Counted from the first letter of the stretch, positions 39,123-48,442 are shown. The stretch: 64,000 nt of DNA from a bacterium (GCA_963592135.1 CAVAVP010000031.1:5398-69397); one strand, 5' to 3'. Numbers and translations: made by a program. The notes: generated from the letters alone by a model not told the origin.

Positions 39123-40403
39123 ATGAATCGTTCGGAAAGAGATGTATTAGATTTTATACAAGATAATGATGTTAAGTTTGTAAAACTAGCTTTTTGCGAT
39201 GCACTTGGAAACTTAAAAAACGTATCAATTTACGCAGATGAATTAGAAAATATTTTTGAAAAAGGTATAGCAATAGAAGAGGAAGCTTTTGATGGGATAG
39301 CTTCATATGAAAATGGAGATATTAGATTATTTCCAGACCCATCAACATTACACCTTCTTCCATGGAGACCACAACAAGGTGCAGTTGTTAGAATGTATTG
39401 TACACTAAAGCATCCGGATGGAACTATAGCGGAATGTGATGGTAGAGCTTTACTTAAAGCTGCTCAAGAAAAGTTGGCATCACTTGGATATACTTGCGCA
39501 ATAGGTTCAGATTGTGATTTTTACTTGTTTGAACTTGATGAAAAAGGAAAACCTACATCTATTCCTTATGATAATGCAGGTTATTTAGATTCAGCCCCAC
39601 TTGATAAAGGCGAAAATGTAAGAAGAGAAATATGCTTTACACTAGAAACTTTTGGGATTAGACCATCTTCTTCTCATCATGAAAAAGGACCAGGACAAAA
39701 TGAAATCTTATTTAACTATAATGATGCTCTTTTAGCTGCGGATGATTTGATTTCGTTTAAATCGACAGTAAAGTCAGTGGCAGAAAAGAATGGATTATAT
39801 GCATCATTTCTCCCAAAGCCTTTAAACAATGAAGAGGGTAGTGCTCTTCGTGTTAAGTTTAGGTTGAAAAAAGATGGAGTAAATTTCCCAACAGATTCTA
39901 AAGAAGTAAAAAGTTTTTTAGCTGGCATTTTGAATAAAATATCTGAAATAACACTATTTTTAAATCCTACACCAAACTCTTATGATAGATTTAAATTTGA
40001 TAAATCACCTAAATATATAGGTTGGGCAGAACAAAAATACAACCAAGTAATAAGAGTAAGTGGACACAGGGTTGCAGTTTATTCGGCAGACCCATCTTGT
40101 AATCCATATGTTGCTTATGCGCTTTTATTGTATGCTGGTGCAGAAGGACTCGAGAAAAATATGGAACTCCCATTGCCTATAGGAGAATCTATACAAGAAG
40201 TTAATAAAAATTTATATAAATCTTTGCCACTAAGTTTAGAGCAAGCAATAAAGGAGGCTAAAGAAAGTAATTTCCTTAAAGAATATATTCCATTAAAGCA
40301 TTTAGAACAATTTATAGCCTATAAAGAAAACGAACTAGAAGACTATAACATGGCTTCAAATAAAGAGAAATTTTTAAATGATAAATATTTTGGAAAGATA
40401 TAG
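39123..40403 (+). CDS. Glutamine synthetase type I-like protein with degenerate catalytic residues (probable pseudoenzyme/sensor)
   Basis: It aligns along its whole length with GlnA (FDG, HHEKGPGQNEI, NSYDRF, DPSCNPY). The catalytic motifs are altered: GSDCDFYLF, EGSALRV, YNQVIRVS, RVAVYSAD. Start set at ATG 39123 (ACGAGGTG RBS), not the TTG at 39063. Confidence 0.7.
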   Translation: MNRSERDVLDFIQDNDVKFVKLAFCDALGNLKNVSIYADELENIFEKGIAIEEEAFDGIASYENGDIRLFPDPSTLHLLPWRPQQGAVVRMYCTLKHPDGTIAECDGRALLKAAQEKLASLGYTCAIGSDCDFYLFELDEKGKPTSIPYDNAGYLDSAPLDKGENVRREICFTLETFGIRPSSSHHEKGPGQNEILFNYNDALLAADDLISFKSTVKSVAEKNGLYASFLPKPLNNEEGSALRVKFRLKKDGVNFPTDSKEVKSFLAGILNKISEITLFLNPTPNSYDRFKFDKSPKYIGWAEQKYNQVIRVSGHRVAVYSADPSCNPYVAYALLLYAGAEGLEKNMELPLPIGESIQEVNKNLYKSLPLSLEQAIKEAKESNFLKEYIPLKHLEQFIAYKENELEDYNMASNKEKFLNDKYFGKI

Positions 40404-40413
40404 GGAAAATTAA

Positions 40414-40977
40414 ATGGCAGATCTTCTATATGTATCAGTATCTCCAATACCTACAGAGTTGGCACAGCTTTTAAAAAGAGCTGGGTATCATTCATACGAT
40501 TTAGCAAAATCTGCAGGGGAGGCTAGAAGATTAATAAATTTGCGTCAATATGACGAAATAATTATTGCATCGCCACTTCCTGATGAGCTTGGAGATAAAC
40601 TTGCTCTAGATATAGCATTAGATACATCATCAAATATAATTTTTATAGCAAAACCTGAGGTTGTTAGCTTAATTGAGTTTAAGATGGAAAGCAATGGAAT
40701 TGTAGTATTTGCAAAGCCAGTGTCAGGAAGTTTGCTTTATAAGGTTTTAACCATTTTTAAAGCGGTAGATAGGAGAATGAGTGTTGTCTTAGAAAAGAAT
40801 AAAAAGCTTGAAGATAGGATTGAGGAAATTAAACTTGTATCACGTGCAAAAATGATATTAATGTCAAAAATGGGAATAAGTGAAGAAGAGGCACATAAAC
40901 ATTTAGATAAAACAGCAAAAGATCAAAGAAAAACAAAAAGGGAAATTGCACTTGCAATTATTCAAATGTATGAATAG
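40414..40977 (+). CDS. ANTAR-domain RNA-binding antiterminator with a pseudo-receiver domain (NitR-like)
   Basis: C-terminal ANTAR (LVSRAKMILMSKMGISEEEAHKHLDKTAKDQRKTKREIALAII). The N-terminal receiver fold lacks the DD pocket and the phospho-Asp (VSVSPIP, IIIASPLPD). Confidence 0.8.
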   Translation: MADLLYVSVSPIPTELAQLLKRAGYHSYDLAKSAGEARRLINLRQYDEIIIASPLPDELGDKLALDIALDTSSNIIFIAKPEVVSLIEFKMESNGIVVFAKPVSGSLLYKVLTIFKAVDRRMSVVLEKNKKLEDRIEEIKLVSRAKMILMSKMGISEEEAHKHLDKTAKDQRKTKREIALAIIQMYE

Positions 40978-41791
40978 AGAAAATATTTCAATAAAAGTTA
41001 ATGCTAAAGTGAATTTAAGACTAGATATAAATGGGGTATTTGATGATGGATATCATGATTTAGATATGCTAATGAGTTCTATATCTTTATGTGACGAGTT
41101 GTATGTAGAAAAATCTCAAAATACAGAGGTTTTTATGGACAATGTTGTGCAAGACGAGAAAAACACAGCATATAGAGCAGCTAAACTCCTTGAGGATACT
41201 TTTGGATATAAGGTGAAAGTGTGTATAAAAAAGCACATTCCTCTAAAGGCAGGACTTGGAGGCTCTTCTGCTGATGCTGCAGGTGTATTTTTTGCCTATG
41301 GGCAACTTTACGGAATAGAAATCGACGACATGAAAAAACTTGCTCTATCCGTTGGTAGCGATGTTGTGTATATGCTAAAAGGTGGACCTTCATTTGTAAG
41401 ATGTAGAGGTGAAATCGTTTCTAAAGCAAAGTATGTTCCACTTATTTTTGTTATTGCTCAAAAAGAGTATGGTGCTGACACTAAAGACGTTTACAAAGAA
41501 TATGATAAGCAAGAAAAAAATAAAGATAATTCAATACAAATAGACAAAATTGGTAGAATTTATAACGTTTTGCAGGCTCCTGCTATAAGGTTATGTCCAA
41601 GTATAAACGAAACAATAAATCATATGAAAATGTTTACAAAAAATGTTGTAATGACTGGAAGTGGCAGTGCTGTTATTGGAATATTTGAGCATGAAAATGA
41701 AGCAGTTGGGGCGTGTGTATGTCTTGGAAATAAATATAATTTTAAGAAGGTTGTAAAAACGATTCCAAGCGGCATTGAAATAGTAATGTAA
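40970..41791 (+). CDS. ispE: 4-diphosphocytidyl-2-C-methyl-D-erythritol kinase
   Basis: NAKVNLRLDI..DGYHDL and the GHMP motif PLKAGLGGSSADAA. The start at ATG 40970 overlaps the ANTAR stop; the ATG at 40946 is possible but less likely. Confidence 0.8.
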   Translation: MNRENISIKVNAKVNLRLDINGVFDDGYHDLDMLMSSISLCDELYVEKSQNTEVFMDNVVQDEKNTAYRAAKLLEDTFGYKVKVCIKKHIPLKAGLGGSSADAAGVFFAYGQLYGIEIDDMKKLALSVGSDVVYMLKGGPSFVRCRGEIVSKAKYVPLIFVIAQKEYGADTKDVYKEYDKQEKNKDNSIQIDKIGRIYNVLQAPAIRLCPSINETINHMKMFTKNVVMTGSGSAVIGIFEHENEAVGACVCLGNKYNFKKVVKTIPSGIEIVM

Positions 41792-42004
41792 AATATTAAC
41801 ATTATTTTTATAATTTTATTTGAATATATAAAATATTAGTGCTAAAATAAATCCATAAATTGAGATAATTATATCGAGAGGAATTAATGGATTTACCCGC
41901 GACACATTCAATAGATTTATCAATAAGAAAAGAAAGAGGAAATCTTTCTAGTCTTTTTAGTTTTCAGAAAAATAATTTTTTTCATATAAATTTTGGAGGA
42001 TAAG

Positions 42005-43198
42005 ATGAAGCCATATTATGAGTCAATTTTTAAAGTAAAGGACGATATGTCAGATTTAGCAGTAATTGCTATGGAAGGTGCTAAAGAGTTAGGAGATAAA
42101 GTAAATTATTACTTAACAACTTGGTACAACGAAGAGGCAAAAAAGAGAGGATTAAAAACCAAAGATACATTTTTAGTAAAAAACTCTTGTCCTAGATTTA
42201 CAACCGGTGATGGTAAAGGTTTAATTGATGATTCTGTAAGAGGTAAAGATTTATATATCATTTGCGATGTTGGCAACTATTCTATAACATACAATATGTT
42301 TGGAACGCCAAATAGAATGTCTCCAGATGATCACTATCAAGACTTAAAGAGAATTATTGGTGCTATTGCAGGAAAGGCTAAGAAAATTACAGTAGTTATG
42401 CCAATCCTTTATGGCGGAAGACAACATAGACGTACAACAAGAGAATCTCTTGACTGTTCGCAAATGTTACATGAATTAGTAGAAATAGGTGTTAACGATG
42501 TAATTACATTTGATGCACATGACCCTCGCGTTCAAAACGCAGAACCATTTATGGGATTTGATAATTTCTTCCCAACATATCAAATTTTAAAGGCATTACT
42601 TAGAAGGTATCCAGAATTAGATTTAAGTAAAGATCATTTTATGGTAGTATCTCCTGATGAGGGTGCAATGGGTAGAAATATATTCTATGCATCAGTACTT
42701 CAAGTAGATTTAGGTATGTTCTACAAAAGAAGAGATTACGCTCATGTAGTAAATGGTAGAAATCCTATTTTGGCTCATGAATATTTAGGTAATGATGTTA
42801 AAGATAAAACAATTTTTGTTGCAGATGATATTTTAGCAACAGGAGATAGTTTATTGAAATTGTGTCGTGAATTAAAGGCAAAAGATTGTGGTAAGATTTT
42901 CTTATGTGCAACTTATGCATTATTTACAGAAGGATTAGAGAAATTCCAAAAGGCATATGATGAAGGCTTATTTACAGCCGTATTAAGTACTAACTTAACA
43001 TATTCATATAAAGAGATGTTAGAAAAGCCTTGGTTTATTCAAGCTGATATGTCTAAGTTTATGGCATATATTATTTCTGCTTGTGATCAAAATTTATCAT
43101 TATCTCCACTTCTTGATCCTCACGATAAGATTCAAGAATTAATAGAAAAACACAATGAGGGTAGACCTCAACAATTAAGTTTTAAAACAGAGGAGTAA
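42005..43198 (+). CDS. prs: Ribose-phosphate pyrophosphokinase (long clostridial-type form)
   Basis: PILYGGRQHRR, FDAHDP and VADDILATGDS (PRPP-binding loop). ATG 42005 with GGAGG upstream is preferred to the TTG at 41993. Confidence 0.75.
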   Translation: MKPYYESIFKVKDDMSDLAVIAMEGAKELGDKVNYYLTTWYNEEAKKRGLKTKDTFLVKNSCPRFTTGDGKGLIDDSVRGKDLYIICDVGNYSITYNMFGTPNRMSPDDHYQDLKRIIGAIAGKAKKITVVMPILYGGRQHRRTTRESLDCSQMLHELVEIGVNDVITFDAHDPRVQNAEPFMGFDNFFPTYQILKALLRRYPELDLSKDHFMVVSPDEGAMGRNIFYASVLQVDLGMFYKRRDYAHVVNGRNPILAHEYLGNDVKDKTIFVADDILATGDSLLKLCRELKAKDCGKIFLCATYALFTEGLEKFQKAYDEGLFTAVLSTNLTYSYKEMLEKPWFIQADMSKFMAYIISACDQNLSLSPLLDPHDKIQELIEKHNEGRPQQLSFKTEE

Positions 43199-43200
43199 TT

Positions 43201-43854
43201 ATGAAAATTCAATGGCTAGGACATTCATGTTTTAAATTAACTGAATCAACTGGTACAACGATAGTAACTGACCCGTATAATGAGTACGTTGGTTTTAAAA
43301 TGGAGTCAGTGGAGGCAAATGTTGTTACTATTTCTCATAAACACAAGGACCATTGTGCCGTAGAAAATGTTTTAGGTAATCCTACAATTATTGATTCAGT
43401 AGGCCAATGGGAGATAGGTGGAGTAACAATAACTACTTTACTTTCAAGTCATGGCGAAAATTCTTCAGATGGCGTTAAACAAAATAATATTTATACCTAT
43501 AGAATGGATGGTATAGATATATGTCATATGGGGGATATAGGAGAGGAATTAGATATCCAATTAGGAGAATCAATTGGTTCTGTTAATATACTAATGATTC
43601 CTGTTGGTGGTAAATACACTATTAACGCTGAACAAGCAAAAGAGTATGTAGATTTCTTAATGCCGGATGTTGTAATCCCAATGCATTTTAAATCAGATAA
43701 TTGTGAGTTTGATTTAGATTCAGTAGATAATTTTATAGATTTATTTGACGAAGAGCAAATTGTTTATGTAGATGGCGATACAGCAGAATTTGATAGAGAA
43801 ATGTGCGATGGTGAATCCACAAAAGTTTACATATTTAAAAACGATAAATTTTAA
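43201..43854 (+). CDS. Metallo-beta-lactamase-fold hydrolase (UPF0173-like)
   Basis: MKIQWLGHSCFKL...ISHKHKDH (HxHxDH variant). Confidence 0.6.
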   Translation: MKIQWLGHSCFKLTESTGTTIVTDPYNEYVGFKMESVEANVVTISHKHKDHCAVENVLGNPTIIDSVGQWEIGGVTITTLLSSHGENSSDGVKQNNIYTYRMDGIDICHMGDIGEELDIQLGESIGSVNILMIPVGGKYTINAEQAKEYVDFLMPDVVIPMHFKSDNCEFDLDSVDNFIDLFDEEQIVYVDGDTAEFDREMCDGESTKVYIFKNDKF

Positions 43855-43938
43855 AAATTAATTTTTCATGAGGGTGCGCATTTAGCGCCCTCAAAAATAA
43901 TAATAATATAAAAATTCCAATATAAGAAGGTATTAATT

Positions 43939-45582
43939 TTGTTTACAAGAAAAGAACTTGAAGCAATGTCTTTATTTAAATTAAGAGCCGTTGCAAGGAA
44001 AATGAATATTAGTGAAGTAAGTTCATTAAGCCAAGAACAAATAATGAATTTAATTGAAGAAAAAGAAAATAAAACCCAAGAGGTAAAAACAATGTTTAGT
44101 AGAGAACAATTAGAAACTTTAACTTATGCGCAATTATCTGTAATTGCTCAAGCTGATGGAATCAATGCAACAACTAAAGATGAAATCATTGAGGCGTTAC
44201 TTGCACTGGAGCAAAGCAAACAAGAAAATGAAAAAGTTGAAGAAAACAAAGAAGTGGAAATTAAAGAAGAAAAGGCTGAAAAAAAGACAAGAGGAAGGAA
44301 AAAAGTTATCAAAAAAGAAGTAGAACCTCAAGAATCTAGTATTGAGACTGAATGTGAAAAAATGGAGGATTCTTCTTTAAATAACAAGATAGAGGAAAAG
44401 CCTGTAGATGCCCCTGTTATAGAAAATGAAACAAGATGTGGTGTTTTAGATATTCATACTGAAGGATATGGATTTATAAGAGCTGAAAATTGTGAATATG
44501 GTAATAAAGATGCATATGTATCGGCTAAATTAATAAAAGGAATAGGCTTAAGACCAGGTGATTACATTAGCGCAACCGTTAAAAAGAGTAATGATAACAA
44601 GCAAGCTGCCGTAATAAGTATTGAAACTGTAAATGGTAAAAATACTTCTGCTGCAAAACAAAGACCTTATTTTGATTCACTAGTTCCAATATTCCCTAAT
44701 GAGAGATTTGTCCTAGAGGATAAGGACAATCCCGATAATGCACTTCGTTGTATTGATTTAATTGCTCCTATTGGAAAAGGTCAAAGAGCAATGATTGTAT
44801 CGCCTCCAAAGGCTGGCAAAACAACACTGCTTAAAAAGATTGCTAATGCTATCTCTAAAAACTATCCTGATGTTGAGTTGTATGTGCTTTTAATTGATGA
44901 AAGACCAGAGGAAGTAACAGATATGCAAAGAAGTATTAAAGGTGAGGTTATATATTCAACTTTTGATGAAACGCCTGAGCACCATTGTAAAGCAGCAGAA
45001 CTTTTAAATGAAAGAGCAAAAAGAAGTGTAGAACTTGGAAGGGATGTAGTAATAATTATGGATTCTTTAACAAGACTTGCAAGAGCTTACAACTTAACGG
45101 TTCCGCCTACTGGAAGAACTTTATCTGGTGGTATGGATCCAGGAGCATTACATCCACCTAAAAAATTCTTTGGCAGTGCTAGAAATATTGAAAATGGTGG
45201 TAGTTTAACAATTATTGCAACAGCTCTTGTAGATACAGGTTCTAGAATGGATGATGTTATTTACGAAGAGTTTAAAGGTACAGGAAATATGGAAATTCAC
45301 CTAGATAGAAAACTAAGTGAAAAGAGAATATTCCCAGCCATAGATTTAAACAGATCATCAACAAGAAGAGAAGATTTACTATTAACTCAAAAAGAACTAG
45401 TTGGAGCCAATAATATGAGAAGACTTCTATCTGCGGGCGATTCAAATGAAGCCATTGAGCAATTATTAAATTGGTTATATAATACAAAAACAAATAATGA
45501 CTTTATAGATGTTCTTCAAAGAAGGGTAGATGCGTTTGAAAAGAATGGATATAACTTTAGAAATCCAACAAATATAAATTAA
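43939..45582 (+). CDS. rho: Transcription termination factor Rho with a duplicated N-terminal Rho_N module and a charged insertion
   Basis: Core motifs [57 protein letters not shown]. The TTG start at 43939 has an AGAAGG RBS. An alternative in-frame ATG at 44092 has a GAGGT RBS. Confidence 0.85.
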   Translation: MFTRKELEAMSLFKLRAVARKMNISEVSSLSQEQIMNLIEEKENKTQEVKTMFSREQLETLTYAQLSVIAQADGINATTKDEIIEALLALEQSKQENEKVEENKEVEIKEEKAEKKTRGRKKVIKKEVEPQESSIETECEKMEDSSLNNKIEEKPVDAPVIENETRCGVLDIHTEGYGFIRAENCEYGNKDAYVSAKLIKGIGLRPGDYISATVKKSNDNKQAAVISIETVNGKNTSAAKQRPYFDSLVPIFPNERFVLEDKDNPDNALRCIDLIAPIGKGQRAMIVSPPKAGKTTLLKKIANAISKNYPDVELYVLLIDERPEEVTDMQRSIKGEVIYSTFDETPEHHCKAAELLNERAKRSVELGRDVVIIMDSLTRLARAYNLTVPPTGRTLSGGMDPGALHPPKKFFGSARNIENGGSLTIIATALVDTGSRMDDVIYEEFKGTGNMEIHLDRKLSEKRIFPAIDLNRSSTRREDLLLTQKELVGANNMRRLLSAGDSNEAIEQLLNWLYNTKTNNDFIDVLQRRVDAFEKNGYNFRNPTNIN

Positions 45583-45588
45583 AAATAT

Positions 45589-45616
45589 GGCCAAGTTTAA
45601 AACTTGGCCTTTTTTT
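45589..45616. terminator. Bidirectional terminator (rho / alpha-galactosidase-like gene)
   Basis: GGCCAAGTT-taa-AACTTGGCC plus TTTTTTT, with an A-run upstream. Confidence 0.75.
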
Positions 45617-45631
45617 ATATAAACAATATAT

Positions 45632-47275
45632 TTATTCTTTAATTATTTTTCCATTTTGAATATCAAAAGAGAAAGACTGAGCAATGCCATTAATTGTGTA
45701 TTCAATAGAAATAACAGTAGGTGTAATGTATTCGGCATCTAGAACTTCTATATCATCTCTTTGGAAAGAAGTTTTTAAATGATTTAATTGTGTTTCGTTG
45801 TATGTTCCGATATTGTCTGAAACAAATAATACACCACCGAAAATTTTATTTACATCGGCTATGATTTCTTTTTGTTCGTCATTTAATTTAATATTATAAT
45901 CTCTAATAAAGAATACATCAGGATCATTTACGAAGGCTCTTCCATTTAGATGTCTTCTAAAAATTGTACAGTTTATTGTGTTTATAGTAGATACTTTTTC
46001 TCTATGTAAAAGTTTGTCCAAGAAAGATTCTTGCCATTGAAGATTTACATCTGCTCCAATTCTACAGAAATCAACTTTGCCAAAACAAGCCCCAAGAGGA
46101 ACACCGCATCCTAAAATAAGTTTATTTCCAACGCAAGCTCTAATAAAATCCATAGCCTCACACATTATTTGACCACGAGATTTATTTTGTCTTGGAATCA
46201 TACATGTAGCATATAGGAAATCTAGTTTAACTAAATCGAAATTCCACTTATTTAATATTGTATCAAAAACTTCTTTTAGATATTCTTGAACTTCTTTATT
46301 TAAAAAGTCTAGTGCATAAAAGCCAAGTGGATTCCAGTTTAAACCTGCATGAATAGGGGATCCATCTTTGTTTCTTAAAATCCAATTAGGATGCTCTTTA
46401 TATAAATTGGAAGATTTTATTACTCCAAAAGGAGCAAGCCATAATCCCGCTTTTATGCCTTGAGCGTGAATCCTATCCGTAAGTTCTCTCATGTCTCCAA
46501 ATTGAGGCTTAACTGAAAGCCAATCGCCAACGGCTTGTTGGTATCCATCATCTATTTGGAAAAAGTCTGGGGTAATATTTGCATTTTTAAAACTATCTAA
46601 GTCTTGTTCTATATTTTCTCTTGTAACTTTAGTGTAATAGTTATACCAAGAGGTGTATCCTGTAGCATTTTTCATTCTAAGAGCCGGAAGATTTTGCAAT
46701 GAGAAATATCTATCAAAAACTTCGTCATATTCGCCAATGAAATATCCTAAATTTAAGATTTCATATGGAGTACTGATTTTAACACCTTCTAACTCTTTTG
46801 TTATACTAATTGAATTTTTCTTACTATTTATAGAGATTATCGTAAAGCCATACTTTTCAGTCATTGAACCATAAAGGTATACTTTGTTTAAATCTCTAAT
46901 ATATGCATAAGTAAATCCATGAAAACAACCTTTCTCTTTTGGATATTTTATAAAATTTTCATCGCCATAAGCTTTTATATAAGGGCAAATTTTACTAAGA
47001 AATGAAGATTTTGGTAATTTTTCATTAATTGAAAACTCTTTAGAATCTGTCCATGATTGATATCCGTTCACAAAAATCTTAGTTTGTGGTGTAAATAAAT
47101 GAGTAGCCTCAAAATAAACATGTAAATTTGAAATTTCAGTTTTTGGATAAATCACAGCCTTAAAAATTTCTTCTTTGACAGATGTAACTATATCAAAGTG
47201 TTCATTAGATAATGAGTCTGTTTCATGCTTAATTCCGTTTGCAGTGTAGATGATTCTATACTTAAAAGTTTTCAT
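45632..47275 (-). CDS. Clan GH-D alpha-galactosidase-like glycoside hydrolase (GH36/GH27-like)
   Basis: FFQIDDGYQQAVGDWL, GIKAGLWLAPF and LVKLDFLY resemble the melibiase-family catalytic barrel motifs. Confidence 0.55.
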   Translation of the reverse strand: MKTFKYRIIYTANGIKHETDSLSNEHFDIVTSVKEEIFKAVIYPKTEISNLHVYFEATHLFTPQTKIFVNGYQSWTDSKEFSINEKLPKSSFLSKICPYIKAYGDENFIKYPKEKGCFHGFTYAYIRDLNKVYLYGSMTEKYGFTIISINSKKNSISITKELEGVKISTPYEILNLGYFIGEYDEVFDRYFSLQNLPALRMKNATGYTSWYNYYTKVTRENIEQDLDSFKNANITPDFFQIDDGYQQAVGDWLSVKPQFGDMRELTDRIHAQGIKAGLWLAPFGVIKSSNLYKEHPNWILRNKDGSPIHAGLNWNPLGFYALDFLNKEVQEYLKEVFDTILNKWNFDLVKLDFLYATCMIPRQNKSRGQIMCEAMDFIRACVGNKLILGCGVPLGACFGKVDFCRIGADVNLQWQESFLDKLLHREKVSTINTINCTIFRRHLNGRAFVNDPDVFFIRDYNIKLNDEQKEIIADVNKIFGGVLFVSDNIGTYNETQLNHLKTSFQRDDIEVLDAEYITPTVISIEYTINGIAQSFSFDIQNGKIIKE

Positions 47276-47412
47276 TGTATTTCCCCTTATAACAAAGGAT
47301 TTGCCTTTGTGTCTATTATTACAATAGCACGAAATCTTTTTAAAAAAAAATATTTAATTTTGTAAAATTAAAAAAAAATTTGAAAAATTATTTTAAAAAA
47401 TTTAAATTATTC

Positions 47413-47441
47413 TTGACAATATCGATATTACCTAATATATT
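47413..47441 (+). promoter_or_regulatory. Promoter of the Fur-family/rubrerythrin operon, with a palindrome in the spacer
   Basis: TTGACA, 17 nt spacer, TATATT, with the ATG only 6 nt after the -10. The spacer contains the perfect palindrome AATATCGATATT (47418-47429). Confidence 0.55.
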
Positions 47442-47447
47442 ATAAGT

Positions 47448-47873
47448 ATGAGATATTCAGTTAAGCGAAATACAATACTAGAAAATTTACAAAACTTGAA
47501 AACGCATCCGACTGCAGAGGATATTGAGCAAATTTGTAAAGATATACATGTTTCGACTCCAACTGTCTATAGAAATATGAGCCAACTTGAAGAAGAGGGA
47601 GTTGTGCAAAGAATATGCACCCCTTTTGGAAAAGAAAGATATGATGGCGATGTCTCATGGCATAATCATGTAATATGTCCGGTGTGTGGAAAAATAACAG
47701 ATGTGCCAATTTCTAAAGAAGTGAAGGAGCTTTTAGAGAAGGAAAATCTAGATAATGGATATAGTAAAGCAAATGTTGTTTTCTATAAAAATTGTGATGG
47801 TTGTGATTCTTTAAAAACTAAATATAATTTAAACAAAAAAAATAAAAAAACGGAGGATTTTAAAAATGGCTAA
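47448..47873 (+). CDS. Fur-family transcriptional regulator (PerR-like by context)
   Basis: 141 aa. KRNTILENL...[18 protein letters not shown]...CDGC (structural Zn CxxC pairs). Directly upstream of a rubrerythrin gene and overlapping it. Confidence 0.7.
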   Translation: MRYSVKRNTILENLQNLKTHPTAEDIEQICKDIHVSTPTVYRNMSQLEEEGVVQRICTPFGKERYDGDVSWHNHVICPVCGKITDVPISKEVKELLEKENLDNGYSKANVVFYKNCDGCDSLKTKYNLNKKNKKTEDFKNG

Positions 47874-48417
47874 GTATGTTTGCCCTGTATGTGGTTACAC
47901 ACATGAAGGTGATTCTGCTCCTGAAAAATGCCCATTGTGTGGAGCTTCTGGTGCAAAATTCACAAAAGTAGATGATTCTGGAAAATTAGATCTTGCTGAC
48001 GAACATAAAGTAGGTTCAGCTAAAGATTTAGATCCAAGAGTTGTAGAAGATTTAAGAAGCAATTTTCAAGGAGAATGTTCTGAGGTAGGAATGTATCTTG
48101 CTATGTCTAGACAAGCAGATAGAGAGGGTTATCCTGAAATTGCGGAGGCTTTTAAAAGATATGCGTTAGAGGAAGCTGAGCATGCAGCAAAGTTTGCTGA
48201 ACTTTTAGGTGAGGTTGTTACGGATTCTACAGAGAAAAATCTTAAGATGAGAATAGATGCAGAAGTTGGAGCCTGTGCTGGAAAGAAAGCATTAGCAAAA
48301 CTTGCAAAAGAGTTAAATTATGATGCAGTTCATGACACAGTACATGAAATGGCTAAAGATGAAGCAAGGCATGGCTGTGGCTTTAATGGACTATATAATA
48401 GATACTTCAGAAAATAA
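47866..48417 (+). CDS. rbr: Reverse rubrerythrin (N-terminal rubredoxin-like domain, C-terminal diiron four-helix bundle)
   Basis: CPVCGY...CPLCG at the N-terminus, then ferritin-like E..EAEH and E..H motifs. Confidence 0.8.
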   Translation: MAKYVCPVCGYTHEGDSAPEKCPLCGASGAKFTKVDDSGKLDLADEHKVGSAKDLDPRVVEDLRSNFQGECSEVGMYLAMSRQADREGYPEIAEAFKRYALEEAEHAAKFAELLGEVVTDSTEKNLKMRIDAEVGACAGKKALAKLAKELNYDAVHDTVHEMAKDEARHGCGFNGLYNRYFRK

Positions 48418-48442
48418 TAAAATAACAACTTAAAATTAACTG

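Noticed and set aside
41871-41886. PyrR-binding loop in the prs leader (ATCGAGAGGAAT versus consensus ARUCCAGAGAGGYU)
   Set aside because: It is one nucleotide short in the conserved CCAGAGAGG core, and the flanks differ. The match is too weak to call.
47330-47412. Runs of A/T (A9, A9, A6, partly about 11-12 nt apart) upstream of the Fur-family promoter, as a possible repeat element
   Set aside because: It is simple AT-rich, A-tract DNA consistent with an UP element or intrinsic curvature. There is no repeat unit or coding potential.
47431-47445. Classical PerR box (TTATAAT-N-ATTATAA) in the Fur-family promoter
   Set aside because: Only the right half (ATTATAA, 47439-45) matches. The left half (CCTAATA) does not. 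The perfect palindrome AATATCGATATT is a better operator candidate.
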